Positions 45,805-60,050 of a DNA stretch of 64,000 nt are shown one piece after another (position 1 is the first letter of the stretch; every line of letters begins with the position of its first letter). Below the pieces are notes generated by a model that worked only from the letters and a program-made list of their open reading frames with translations, was not told the origin of the DNA and did not search any database. This DNA is from Octopus vulgaris (taxonomy: Eukaryota): the NCBI GenBank assembly GCA_951406725.2, contig OX597816.1, positions 73,160,001-73,224,000 on the forward strand, in the 5' to 3' direction. A program made the position numbers and the translations under genes.

Positions 45805-45975
45805 GTAGGCAAGGACTAGTCGATTACATCGACTCCACTGCTTGGTTAGTATTCTTTTTGTCGACCCCGAAATGATGAAAAGCAAAGTCGACCTAAGTGG
45901 AATTTGAACCCAAAACGTGGAGACGGACGAAATGCCGCCAAGCATTTGGCCCAGCATGCTAACGATTCTGCTAAA
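45805..45975 (-). mobile_element. Nin-domain SINE
   Basis: GTCGATTACATCGAC..GTCGACCCCGAAATGATGAAAAGCAAAGTCGACC..GAATTTGAAC..GCTAACGATTCTGC. Confidence 0.75.
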
Positions 45976-46650
45976 ATTATATGTATGTATGTATGTATGC
46001 AAATATGCATGCATGTATGTATTTATATATGTATATATGTGTGTATATGCATATATGTATGTATACTTGCAAGCATATATGTAAATACGTATATATGCAA
46101 GCGTCATGCATGCATGTATGTGTGTATGTATATATGTATGTGTTTGTATAATACCTATCACGTTTGTAAATATCATATTTGTAAATATGTATGTATGCAT
46201 GCATGCATGTATGTATGTATGTATGTATGTATGTATGTATGTATGTATGTATGCATGTAGCATTTCGGCTGCGTTAGTTCTCCATACATATTACAAAATC
46301 GCCATACACGCAAGCAACACGCGCGCAGACGTCTGACGGAAAGAGAATGAGTTTATCATGGTTGTTATATATAGCGCATTCATTTTCTTTAAGATTAACC
46401 CCTCTCTTAGTCGCCATTTCGTGCTTTCCGCCGCATGCACACACAGACACACGGACACAAACGCACACACGCACATATATATATCGCACGAGAATGCGTG
46501 TGAGACTGCATATGAGTTTACGGGTGAGTAAACATATTTGGTCCTAGAAAACTTTATGAATAAATTAATTGCATTTATATATATGTATGTATATATATAT
46601 ATATATATACATGCATATATACATAAGCATATATATATATTTAGATACGC

Positions 46651-46682
<32 letters not shown>

Positions 46683-46683
46683 G

Positions 46684-46751
<68 letters not shown>

Positions 46752-47102
46752 TATATACACACACACATTTCAAAGGAGTATGCAGATATATTTATCTGTG
46801 CTCAAATGAGTATATGTTTATATTTCCATAGCACGAGGAGCTCGTTGTATGACCATATGTGTGTATGTGTGGTTCTATCTATCTGTCTGTCTACGTATCT
46901 ATCTATAGACAAATATATATATATATATATAGTTCATCCAAACATGAAAACACAAAGAGAAAACACAACAACGCAAGGATGTGGAACAGGTATAGTGTTA
47001 TTGGACGATCAGGAAAGGAAAGAAAGGAGGATTTATATATATATATTTATTTACATATATATATACGTGCATCAGCATGGCCGCAGCTCTGAGCTGAAAC
47101 TA

Positions 47103-47267
<165 letters not shown>

Positions 47268-47808
47268 TATCTATATACGGTATATACATAAATACGTGTA
47301 TGTATGTATGTATGTATGTATGTATGTGTGTATGCGCGCGCGTATGTATGTACTCATGTATGTATGTATGTATGTTCGCGTTTGTATCTGAGTGCGACGT
47401 ATCTCCGTTATTGTGCAGATGGTGTATACATGCATACATACGTGACTATCACTCGAGCTTCAGTCAGAGTAAGTCTTTGAAAGAATGTATATTTATCTAA
47501 GTCGACTTATTTCACATTACCTGCGTAACGTACGTTCCGGACAAACACTCCATTTCCGGACAAACCAAGAAAGACGGGTGTACCTAAATACAAGATCTTG
47601 ATTGATATAGCAGTCAGTGTTCCCTCTAATTGTTCCCTATCACCTTAACAAAAAAATAACAGACTCATCGGAGCATATACTCTGCGTTGTATTTTGCCTG
47701 AGACAAAAATAAAATTTATGAGATGAAAAAAGCAAAAGACCTGGTACCTAGAGTCGGAATGTCTTTGAAAATGTTCTTATAAAGAAGCTTGGTGCTAAAC
47801 CGTACAAC

Positions 47809-47930
<122 letters not shown>

Positions 47931-48238
47931 TAAACCTATATACATACATAAATGTATATGTATATATATGTGTGTATGCGTATGTGTTTGTGTGCGTGTA
48001 TGTGTATATATATATGTATATATATATGTATATATGTTCATATATAGATATATACATATGTATTATACAAACACATACATACATACATACATGTAGTGGA
48101 AGAATAGGTTGCTATCTCTAGCAGCACCAGAGATCCCATAAAAGATGGGGACGTGTTTTGGAGTAGGCATCTGTATGCTATAAAACATCCGAGGGATACA
48201 CGATGAAGCCAACAACAATCTATTAAATGTGAGCAACG

Positions 48239-48334
<96 letters not shown>

Positions 48335-48644
48335 CAAACACACATACACACTCACTCAGTCACAAGAATACATACAGACAAAGTCTACATACGTACAGGA
48401 CAAATATACAAACACACCAACAATGGGGCACGCAGAAATACGTGCATGGTCATACGTTTAGCTGTCCGAGTCCCGTGGCTTACTTTCGCTCTTGCACCCT
48501 AACAATACATATGAATATCCTTGCGTGTGTGTGCGCGTGCGCGTGCGTTTGTGTGTGTAAATGTATATGTATATGCAATATGTATTTGCATGTGTATGTT
48601 TACTAAACCTTATGTATTTTCTCTCTCTGCTTATTTCTGTGTTC

Positions 48645-48680
48645 CTTTCTGGTGAAGAGCGTAGGCTCGAAACGTAAAAG
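48645..48680 (+). ncRNA. Minimal hammerhead-like motif (extra A after core) in a short Penelope-like repeat (~48610-48790)
   Basis: CTTT-CTGGTGA-A-GAGC gtag GCTC-GAAA-CG-TA-AAAG. Confidence 0.55.
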
Positions 48681-48927
48681 ACTTTCTCAACTCCCGAGCG
48701 TTAAACTAATACATCTGTTTGTTGCTTACACACCCGTCTTCTTGTTTTGTTCTGTTTTCTTTGTTTGTTTTTTTGTAAATTCCAACTATATACGTATACA
48801 TATATATGAATACATTTCTATTTTCATATGTACATACAAATGTATATATGTAATATACAGAATCTACATTAATATAATATATATATATAACTGAAAATGA
48901 AGTAATATATAATGCGTATACTGTATA

Positions 48928-49370
48928 TACAGGGAGCAGTGAATAAACTGTCCCCTAAGTTACGCAGAAAAAAAAATAACACCGACATCTCATTTTAACA
49001 GATATATTTACTAAAATTACATAAAAATATCTTGAACTACTAAAGAGTAAATTCACTTAATAAAACCGCCATTCGCTTTAATCATGGCCTCCAGACGACT
49101 TCGGAAGCTATTGCAACTCTTCGGGACGCGCTTAAGTTAGTGAATGCTGCCATAATCCTTGCATTCAGTTCATGTTTGGTGTTACAAGAAGTTTGTTGGT
49201 CTCTTGCTCAACTGCGCGCCACGCATAATAATGAAGGGGTTTGCAGTCTGAGGAGTTAGGTGGCCAGATGTTAAGGGTGACGTGGTCGCAGAAATTGTCT
49301 GACCGCCATGACTGGGCCCTCCTGCTTGTGCGTGCGGGCCTTCCAGCAGCCATATATAAGAGTTTTTCTA
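48928..49370 (-). mobile_element. Second maT-type remnant (C-terminus + TIR)
   Basis: WPPNSSDCKPLHYYAWRAVEQETNK; terminus TACAGGGAGCAGTGAAT resembles the reverse complement of the other copy's end. Confidence 0.75.
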
Positions 49371-49502
49371 GTGACGTCTGCCACTGATTTCGAAAAACTG
49401 ACAGTAAGCCTTATTAAATCTCAGAATGAGATTGAAACAGTAATCGCTCGATAATGTAAAGTATAGAAGCCATCTTAACACATATATATAATATCATTTT
49501 TA

Positions 49503-49544
<42 letters not shown>

Positions 49545-49670
49545 GTATGTATGTATATATTATTATATCTACAAATATAACAATTTTTATGCGTGTATAA
49601 TGACATATATGTATATATTGGTATATATATACATATAGATAATATCATTTTTATGATATATATATACATG

Positions 49671-49712
<42 letters not shown>

Positions 49713-50091
49713 TATATCTACATATATAACAATTTTTACGTGTGTATAATGATATATTTTATAATGATATATTTTACGTGTGTATAATGATATATATATG
49801 TATATATATATTATAAATGGCGTAATATATGCATATCTGTATATGTTCATATATACACACATACACACGCATATGCATGTATGTATACATCTATTTAAGT
49901 AAACATATACAAATGTATATATATATATATATATATATTTGTATTAATGTATGCATATGATTGTATATATATATATATGTATGTGTGTGTATACAGACAT
50001 GCATGCATCTATATTTATACACATTCATACATACATGCATATATTTGAGTACACTTTTTTCCACCTTGTTTCACATTTATGTGTTTACTCC

Positions 50092-50148
<57 letters not shown>

Positions 50149-50725
50149 TGTGTATGCGTATGTTGAAGAAACCCATCGATTACGAATCAAATATTACTGA
50201 TATTCGATCTACTGAACCACTTAATCATTAGATAACAGCATAAACAGTGAGAATTTCTCATACAAATATACTCTTAACGCAACATCTAGGCAGAAACAAT
50301 ATGGCGGATTGCAGCAAGTGTTGGCCGTTTCCCTTCCGGCAGGCTTCAACGCGCTTCTATGTCATTCCATTTCCCACCACAACGCTATTGTGGAACGCTG
50401 TTGCTTAAGATGCAGCATAATGGGTCGAATTTTTCTTAATCACACTGGCATGTACTCGCATATAATACATACATACACACACGCTCTAACCACACACACA
50501 CACACACACATACACACATATATATATTGTATGTGTGTGTTTGAGTGTAGATATATAGATATATAGGTGTCACTGTGTGGTAGGAAGTTTGCTACTCAAC
50601 CACATAGTCCCGGTTTCAGTCTCACTGCGTCGCGCTTTGGGCAAATATTTTCAACTACACCTTTCGGCTATCCAAAGCGTTTTGAGTGGATTTGGTACCC
50701 GGGAGCTGAAATGTGCCCCCCGTAT

Positions 50726-50767
<42 letters not shown>

Positions 50768-50791
50768 ACACAGACACACACACACACACAA

Positions 50792-50824
<33 letters not shown>

Positions 50825-51156
50825 ATGGATTTAGCAAGAATCTTTATTCAACACAACGATCGTTTCGACCCATCCTGCAGCTGTCTCTGATGGATGGGAT
50901 ATAGATAGTACATCTAGTTGTGTTGTATCTAATCGGCATGCAACTAGACATATACCCAAAGTCCAAATATTTACCTATTCATACATACATACATACAAAC
51001 ATACAAACATACATACATACATACATACATACATACATACAAACATATATATATATATATATATATAGGGAGAATTCACAAAAAAAACAAAAGACGAAGA
51101 CAGTTGGTGTAGACAACAAACAGATGCATTAGTATAACGCTCGGGAGGTGAAATAG

Positions 51157-51194
51157 TCTTTAACGTTTCGAGCCTAAGCTCTTCCACAGAAAGA
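51157..51194 (-). ncRNA. Minimal hammerhead-like motif, same repeat family as 48645 (element ~51065-51250)
   Basis: Minus: TCTTT-CTGTGGA-A-GAGC ttag GCTC-GAAA-CG-TT-AAAGA. Confidence 0.55.
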
Positions 51195-51250
51195 AACATG
51201 AAGAGAAAATAAAGAATGTGTACTGGCTAGCGATCTATCAAGGCGAACGG

Positions 51251-51314
<64 letters not shown>

Positions 51315-51569
51315 TAATCCAAACAAGAAAACACAAAAAAAAACACAGCAACGCGAGGACGTGGAACAAATAAAGTATTATTGGACGCTGTGTAACCGGT
51401 GTGTTTACATCTCCGTAACTTAGCGGTTCGATGGGGTAAGGACTAAGCTTACAAAGAATATGTCATGGAGTCGATTTGTTCGACTTGAAGGCGGTGCTCC
51501 AACTTTGCCGCTGTCTAATGACTAAAACAAGTAAAAGAATAAAAGAAAAAATGTATACAATTATATACG

Positions 51570-54500
51570 TCTTTGTGCAGCTTCTAACGTTGGAGATGTA
51601 CTACGGTGTCAGGTGTTCACTACCACTGAACTAAGGTAACACCTCTTATTTTTCGAGCACTTTCCGGAGTATTCGAGCGGTTCCAAGCAAGTGCGTCACC
51701 CTTATTGCACCCCCTATTTGTTCCATGTACTTCTCGAGATTTTTACTCACTGTCCCCAGGTCTCCGACGATTATTAGTACAGCTACCACCTTTTTCATCG
51801 ACCACAACTGCTTAACTTCCCAAGCTAACCTGCCATATCTCTCGACTCTTCTTTCTTCCTTATCGCATACCTTGTTGTCAGCTGGGTATGCTATATCTAT
51901 GATCCAGCATAGTTTGCTTTCTTTCTCAATGAATGTATGTATGTATGTATGTATGTATGTATGTATGTATGTATGTATGTATGTATGTATGTATGTATGG
52001 TCGCACTGAATCATAAAATCCCACAGGATCTTTGCATTATCATTTTCGATGATGTCCATACTTGTTGCAAAGTGTCCAATGGACAAGCCTTACCATATTG
52101 TCGTGGCCTCTCTTATATTCCTTCTGGGCTAGTGGTATACATTGGCTGGTAACATGCCATACGGTTTCACCATTTTGTCTACAGATTCTGCTCTTATCAC
52201 TTTCTGATGTGTTGTCTATTCTATATTTTATGTAGTGTGTTCTTAGTGCTTATTCCTGGCCAGCACAGATTAGAACCTGTGTTTCCGGTTTTAAATCACT
52301 TTTAGTCATCCACAGTCATCTTTTTTCTCTGTCTGTCTTATCTTCAACATCCCAATGAAATTGACCATGCATTCTTTTCTTTACCCACCTATTTTCAGTT
52401 TCATTCGTTTTCAATTTCTTGTATAATGCTTTATCTTTGCAATCTTTCATCCTACACAAGCCTGACCTTCCTACTTCTAATAATAGCGGTCCTGTGGCAT
52501 TTTTTACATACCATGCTATGTTGCTTCTTCTGCTCTAATGCTGTGTTCGCATCCAATAAGTCCTTTTCTTCCTATTTTTCTTGGTACATACAGCCTGTCT
52601 GTGTCACTCTTTGTGTGGAGTGACCCATATCTAGTTAGCAACTTCCTTGTATTTCTGTCTAAGCTGTTTAGTTCGTCTACTGTCCATGTGATTACCCCTG
52701 CTCCATATCTAAGGAGTGAAACCGCCCAGGTGTTGACAGCTTCAATCTTATTTCGTCCGTTTAATTTCGACTTAACGACCAGTCTCTGTCTGCGCAAGTA
52801 CTCCACCTTAAATTTTTCTGTCATTTCTTTCTCCATCAATTTATCCATTTCCAAAATCCCCAAGTACTTATAGCCCGTCTCTTCTATCTGCTTCATAACC
52901 TCCCCCGAGGATATCGTTACCCCGTCCATACATTTGATCTTGCCTCTCTCCAAGACTAAGACACCACACTTTCATAGTCCGAATTCCATTCTGATATCAG
53001 CACTGAAAGTATACACCGTATCAACGAGGGAACTGACTTGGGCTTCATCTTTACTATAAAGTTTGAGGTCATCCATGAATAACAAGTGGTTGACTTTTTG
53101 TTGGCGGCTTTTGAATACATACCCAGCTTTTGCTTTCCTCAGACTCAGTGTTAGTGTTATCAAGCCCAGTATAAAGATCTGTGGGGACAGGCAGTTCCCT
53201 TGGAAGTTGCCGCTCCTGATTTCTACTGTTCCTAAACTTCTTCCGTATGCTGTTAGGTCCGTCCTCCAATTCACCATACTCTTTCCAAGCAATCGCTCAA
53301 CATTCGAAGCAGTACCAAATAGGTTCATGCATTCCATTATACAACAGTGTGGGATCACATCGTACGCCTTACGATAGTCGATCCATGACATGGCTAAGTT
53401 ACTTTTTCCCCTCTTGCAGTCTCTAAGTACAGATTTGTCTGTAAGGAGTTGATACTTGGTACCTCTGCACTTACTATTGCAACCCTTCTGCTCATGTGGA
53501 AGGACTCCATTTTTTCCAGATGTTCGTACATTGACTCTGCGAGTATTCCACTCAATAATTTCCACATAAGTGGCAAATAGGATATCAGCCCGTAATTGTC
53601 CACCGTATTGCCTTTTTCGATGTTTTTCAAGCACAGCACTGTCCTACTTAATGACAACCACTCTGGTGTTCCTTGGTCGGTATTTAACAAGGTGTTGAGT
53701 TGCGCAGCTATTCGTGCTTGACATTCACCAAATCTTTTGATCAAGTAGCCTTGAACTCTATCTAGTCTTGAGGCCTTCCAGTTGCTCATTTTTTTGCTGA
53801 TTTCCATCATTTCCCTACCTGAAATGAGTAGTTCTGTCTGTTTGGGGCAGACTACTGTTTGTTTCAGCTCTTGCATCCTTCTTATGCTCCTTGTCTTTGC
53901 TCCAGAAGTCACTCCAAAACCTTTCACTTTCATTATTATCTGGTATCCATTTTTCAGCTGTACACTCTCCATTTATTTCTTTATAGAATCTCTTCTGATA
54001 TACTCTAAATAGCCTATTCTGGTGGTAGCCCTTCATTCTTTGGTCGTATCTAACCATCTTTGCTTTCTTTGCAACGAGGCCCCGTTTCAGTTCTTCCATT
54101 ACCACTTTCAGGTCCTTTCTTTCAATATTATACTTCCTTTTCAGCGCCCTGTATTTTTGTTCGCTTTTAAGCTCCCCTTTCTCTTTTCGATCTAACACAG
54201 AAATTTCCTTCGAAAGCATATCTAACCCTGCCTGGATTCTTCTTTTCCACCATAGATCTTTTCTTTTATCACTCCCATTATGTTTCTTTTTCTTGGACAT
54301 CAACACCCATGTTTTCTGCTACAACTATACTTGCTGCCTTGATCAAATTATTTGCTACTGTGATGTTGTTTGTTCTGATGTATTTCAGAATTTCATTTAC
54401 ATTTTTCGTTTCTGGGTTCAATTTCCATCGATCAACCTCTTTATGGTTGCAAATAGTGTTGCTATCGTTCTCCTGTAGTCTTACCTTTATTCTGTCGTAG

Positions 54501-55150
54501 ATTGACTTTTGTTCATCTGTCATGTCGCCATTAGTTTTATTGTCTCCTAGATCATCTATTTGTCTCTCATCAAGTAAGCTACCACTGCTCCTTTCCTGTG
54601 CTATGAGATTACTCTTATTAGTAATAACTTCATTTTCATCGTTATCTCTGCTGCTATTTCCAAGACCCGTCTTTTGATAGCTTCGAGCTCTACTTCTGTG
54701 AATCAACGATTTTTTCTTATTGTTCTAGGTTGATCACATAGTCCCTGTTACGTGAGTTGAAACAATCCCTTTTCCCTCCAATGATCATACATAGGTTGTC
54801 GATAACCCCTAATTTGAGCACCATTTTCATCTACCGAGCTGATCAGGTAGTAACACTCCATGACCACAGTATTAATTTGCTTGTTCTATCTACGCCGTGT
54901 GTGGTGGTCCCTTTCTGGATATCGACAGGCTGGAGCCGGACCAGAATCTCTGAGCCTGCCGGATGCAACACTGTCACCATCAATGGCTTCTGTTTCATTA
55001 CCAATGTTATTCACAATATTTTGTTTTTTTTCATTGTCACTCATATGAGGTAGCGATTACCTGGTTGCGCAATTACCAGTGTTTTTTTGTGACACCATCA
55101 GTAGATGTATCATTAATCAGGACACAGAGAGGCTCCACCAGTTTCCTTTC
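51570..55150 (-). mobile_element. Decayed R4/Dong-clade non-LTR retrotransposon (RT + CCHC + restriction-like endonuclease), frameshifted
   Basis: RT motifs [37 protein letters not shown] remnant (S)RICRQNGETVWHVTSQC at ~52140-52195. RLE region KILWDF..IIDIAYP..IIVGDLGTV. (ATT)n flank at 55151. Confidence 0.85.
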
Positions 55151-55194
55151 ATTATTATTATTATTTTCATCATCTCTGATTCATGATTATTGGT

Positions 55195-55385
55195 TTTTAA
55201 ATTTTGGCACAAGGACGCTGATATTACGAGGAAGGGGTAAGTCGATTACATTGACCCCCAGCACTCATCTGGTACTTATTTTATTTACCCCGAAAGGATA
55301 AAAGGCAAAGTCGACCTCGGCGAAATTTGAACTCAGAACATAAAGATTGCCGTTAAACTAGCGGTTCTGCCAGATCACCGCCTTT
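55195..55385 (-). mobile_element. Nin-domain SINE
   Basis: Same core motif as the other copies. Confidence 0.75.
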
Positions 55386-55429
55386 CATGATTATTACGTT
55401 CAGTGTTGAGTAGGCATATGGTTTATTCG

Positions 55430-56310
55430 TTTCTTTTCTGATCAGTAAGTGTTGCGCCAAGTGACACAATGGCTGTCTAAGATTGATCTTATGCCTCTGT
55501 CTTTATTCATCCGTTTAGCATAAGATCTTGTTACTGTCACTGTTGATATGACAGTTGTCAGTTGTTGTTTGTATCTTTCTTATCCGGATGCCCAAGAGGC
55601 GGATTCCTTGAAGGGTCCAGTCTAATATTCCATATGTCGGTATTAGCCCTGACACTGCAAGAGCATAACGCAATATAGTTTTACTGAATCCAGACATCTC
55701 TGTCTTCTATATCTTCCGATGTCTGCTGATGTATTTTTTTTTGACACTCTAGCATTACTCATAGATCCAACATATGCAATATTCTTGTAGATTCCAGTGT
55801 ATTTGTAATATTCATCACGAGTGATGGACAAGATAGATAGGCCATTAGCATCCATATTCTTTACCTGATGGACAATCTTTTCTCATTTGACTTCCAAATA
55901 TGAACCCTTATCCTAACCAAATTCCATTCGTATGTTCCGCGAGAATATTGCAACCAGTTCTGTCTTTTGGTTCCATGAGTGTTTTTCGTGTACAGTTTCA
56001 GACCATCAAAAAGAAAAAAGAAAAAAAAGAAAACAGTGGATGATGTTAATCTTTCTCTCTTCTGCCTATCCTTTTATGTAAATTTTGCATTTCCTGAACA
56101 GAGATGACAAGAGTTCACAGATAGGACAAAAATAAAAAGAAACAGTTCAGATAAGCTGTCACCCAGGAATATTCCTGTTTATTGTCCAATTCTATCACTA
56201 ACTAACGTAGCTAGCTTCAGGTTTTATTGACAGCTCTGTGAATCATATTGATGCCAATCTCTTAAAGCATTGACTGCAGCAGTTCCAACAATGACAGAAC
56301 GTAGTTACTC
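55430..56310 (-). pseudogene. Second, more divergent R4-clade RT fragment
   Basis: Fragments GIFLGDSLS (~56150-56180), FSRNIRMEFG, YYKYTGI and TYGILDWT..IRKI..HINSD are collinear with the neighbouring R4 element's RT/thumb region. Confidence 0.6.
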
Positions 56311-56699
56311 TGTTTTCGGTGTGCGGGAAACTGAGTGAAACCCCTATTTATAATCATGTCATAAAGCTAACAATTTTCGGTGCTGCCGTTTCGCTGTCTT
56401 ACGAACATTTGATGATGACCTGTTCGGCGCAATCGAAGATTACTTTCTCCTCTGCCTTCTCATCAGTCAGCATATTGTCAAATTTCGATGCTTCAGCAAG
56501 TGTAGTTACTTTGCCTAATCTGGATAATTCATCAAAATGAAGCATGTTGTGGACTTGGCCACACGAATCTGCTAATGTCTCAGCTACCAGTGTTGTGTAT
56601 GCAACTTCATGTCGGTCTGATACGGCAAGATCAGAGCTCATTGTTATTTTGAACAGATTAACGAAGGGCGTCGTGAAGAACTTGAGACTTATTTTTAAT

Positions 56700-57113
56700 T
56701 CTTTTATTCTTTTATTCGTTTACTTGTTTCAGTCATTTGACTATGGCGATCGTGGAGCACCAGAACTTATTCTTCAAACCGACCCCAGAACTTATTCTTT
56801 ATAAGCCTAGTACTTATTCTATCGGTCTCTTTTGCCCAACCGCTATGATACGAAGACGTAAACACACCAGCATAGGTTGTCAAGCGAGGGGGGGGGGGCA
56901 AAACACAGACACACAAACATATACACACACATACATTTTTATATACATATACGACGGGCTTCTTTTAATTTCTGTCTATCAAATCCACTCACAAGGCTTT
57001 GGTTGGCCCGAGGCTATAGTAGAAGACACTTCTCCAAGTTGCCATGCAGTGGGACGAACCCAGGACCATGTGGCTGGTAAGCAAGCTACTTAACACACAG
57101 CCACTCCTGGCGC
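56700..57113 (-). mobile_element. CORE-like SINE, near full length
   Basis: Tail CTTGTTTCAGTCATTTGACT at left, head CACACAGCCACTCCTGGCGCC at right. Confidence 0.75.
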
Positions 57114-57165
57114 CTCTGTACCACTAAATAGCAAACCCTTTCCAGATCACTCCATACACCTACCC

Positions 57166-57211
<46 letters not shown>

Positions 57212-57214
<3 letters not shown>

Positions 57215-57250
57215 TTGAAAACCCCACTAGAATGGGAGAAAGCGCTAATA
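57212..57250 (+). ncRNA. Minimal hammerhead-like motif (TTGAAAA core); sister copy at 22192-22224 (-)
   Basis: TTGAAAA-CCCCA ctagaa TGGGA-GAAA-GCGC-TA; sister TTGAAAA-CTCCA ctagaa TGGAC-GAAA-GCGC-TA. Both continue into the same downstream sequence (ATGATGTATAAAAA..TGTAATATACAAATAAATAT..ATTTCTTCTAATATA). Confidence 0.5.
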
Positions 57251-57349
57251 CATGATCTAAGTTATATGATGTATAAAAAATGTAATATACAAATAAATAT
57301 CTGTAAATTTCTTCTAATATAAAATGCCTGTACATCATCTCCAAACCTT

Positions 57350-57424
<75 letters not shown>

Positions 57425-57514
57425 TATATACATATATATATATATGTAAATATATATACATATATATACATATATATGTATATATGTATATATGTATATA
57501 TACACACACACATA

Positions 57515-57638
<124 letters not shown>

Positions 57639-57799
57639 CACAGGTTCTAATCATGTAGATGAAAAAATAACAATTGATTACAACTTGTGCTAATGGAGTA
57701 TTGAGATGGTCTTTAGAGCCATTTGGCATCTATTTCTACCGTTTTGGTGTACTCAATCCGGATCCTTTAATACACTTGTCTGTATAATTATAAATTTCG

Positions 57800-58272
57800 C
57801 ATATGTATATGCCTGGAGGAGGTAATGCTGCCCTGGGTCAAGTCAGTGACAGCTGGACGACCCATTGTCTGGCAACAAGACTTTGTACCATGCTCAACAA
57901 GCAGAAGAATCCAGTAATGGCTGTCAGACAATTTCTGAGACCACATCACCCCCTAACATCTGGGCACCTAATTCCCCAGACTGCGAGCCCCTCGATTATT
58001 ATGCATGGCGCGCTTTTCAGCGAGAGATCGACAAAATTCCTTGTAACAACAAAAATTAGCTGAAAACAAGGATCTCAGCAGTGTTCACCAACTTAAACAA
58101 GGTGACTAACCAGAAGAGTTGCATGAGATTCCGAAGTCGTCTGGAGACCGTGGTTGAATCTACTCTTTAGTATTTCAAGATATTTCTATGTAAATATATC
58201 TGTTACAATTAGATATCAGAGTTATTTTAAGTTTTTGTAATTTAGACAACAATATATTAACAGCACCCTGTA
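57800..58272 (+). mobile_element. Tc1/mariner superfamily DD37D (maT-type) transposase remnant with right TIR
   Basis: Conceptual translation GRPIVWQQD..WAPNSPDCEPLDYYAW, reading through stops and one frameshift, gives 37 residues between the 2nd and 3rd catalytic D; ends ..CAGCACCCTGTA. Confidence 0.75.
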
Positions 58273-58279
58273 TGTCTGC

Positions 58280-58329
<50 letters not shown>

Positions 58330-58377
58330 ATATGCATATATATATACTTACATATATACATACGTATATGGACTTAA

Positions 58378-58417
<40 letters not shown>

Positions 58418-58763
58418 ATATATACATACATAAATATATGTACATATTTATATATATATATACATACATACACGCACACACGCACACACACTCATATAGA
58501 TACACACATGTATCTATATAAAACTTATGCAATTTACATATGTTCCGGTTATTGATGCAGACCATGTGTAACTCGACAGCACCACTGGGGGAAGTCTTTG
58601 AACACATGTTTTGTGATGCCGTGACACAGTCGTCTAAAGAATTGTTTGCTGGAATGTATCCAGGTGTTGTTGGTTTGTCTGATATTTCAGAATAGAGTAT
58701 ATATGTATGTGAGGGGGTGCAGGTGTGTGTGTGTGTATAAATACATATGTATCTATGTATATA

Positions 58764-58829
<66 letters not shown>

Positions 58830-58906
58830 TCACATATATAATATTTCTATCCATTAAATATATTAAAATGTATACATTATATATGTATGTATGTATATAC
58901 ATATAA

Positions 58907-58959
<53 letters not shown>

Positions 58960-58963
<4 letters not shown>

Positions 58964-59310
58964 CAAGAACGGGTCGACACTGCACAGTGCTAAAGATCTT
59001 AGTAATGCCATCGCGCTTCAGGACCAGTTACTGCAACAGCCTGGGTCTCAGGGGCCCACAGCTTTTTAATATTCTCCCAAAGAGCCTGAGGATCCTGCGC
59101 AAAGTAGATGTAGGCGTTTTTAAATCAAGACAGGACCTCTTCCTGTCGAGAGTCCTAGACGAACCTATCTCACGGCAAGGGGTGGAAATGAGGGTAGCTA
59201 TATCAACCGCCATTCTACACCAAGTGCCACCTATTAGAGGAGGATCTCAGTAATATCAGTGTAGCAAAACGGCGGTGCCCCAGCATGGCCACAGCTCTGA
59301 GCTGAAACTA
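58960..59310 (+). mobile_element. Second 3' fragment of the same LINE family
   Basis: [39 protein letters not shown]; same tail; (TA)n on both sides. Confidence 0.8.
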
Positions 59311-59340
59311 TATTACATATATATACATACATACATGGAT

Positions 59341-59468
<128 letters not shown>

Positions 59469-59526
59469 GTATATATATAAAGAAACAGATACATACATAA
59501 ATACTTGCATGTATATATATATATAT

Positions 59527-59575
<49 letters not shown>

Positions 59576-59965
59576 TGTCCCACATTCACTACCACAAACA
59601 TTCAATTAATACAATCACACATGAATCACGTGTGATTATTCTATTACCTAAGATTCTATTAAACATGTCGCTTCAGGTCACTTGTATAAGACTAGACGTA
59701 TTAGGAGACGCATCAGTCGTCACCGGCGCTATGCATTATTTTGTCTGTAAGATTTTCTTGAAGGCAGCAGGAGGGGCTATCAACGAATGACTATGGAAAA
59801 CACACACACACACACACATCAATTTAATATATATATATGTGATAGGATGTCTGCATCTGAACCATTTGGTTTCCGGTTCATTCCTATCTACTATACCCTC
59901 GGGCTGACCAAAGCTTTGTGACCGGATCTTTTAGACGAAAATTGAAATAAGCCCGTCCTGTGTGC

Positions 59966-60010
<45 letters not shown>

Positions 60011-60050
60011 ACACACACACATATATATATGACAGATAGATAGATAAATA

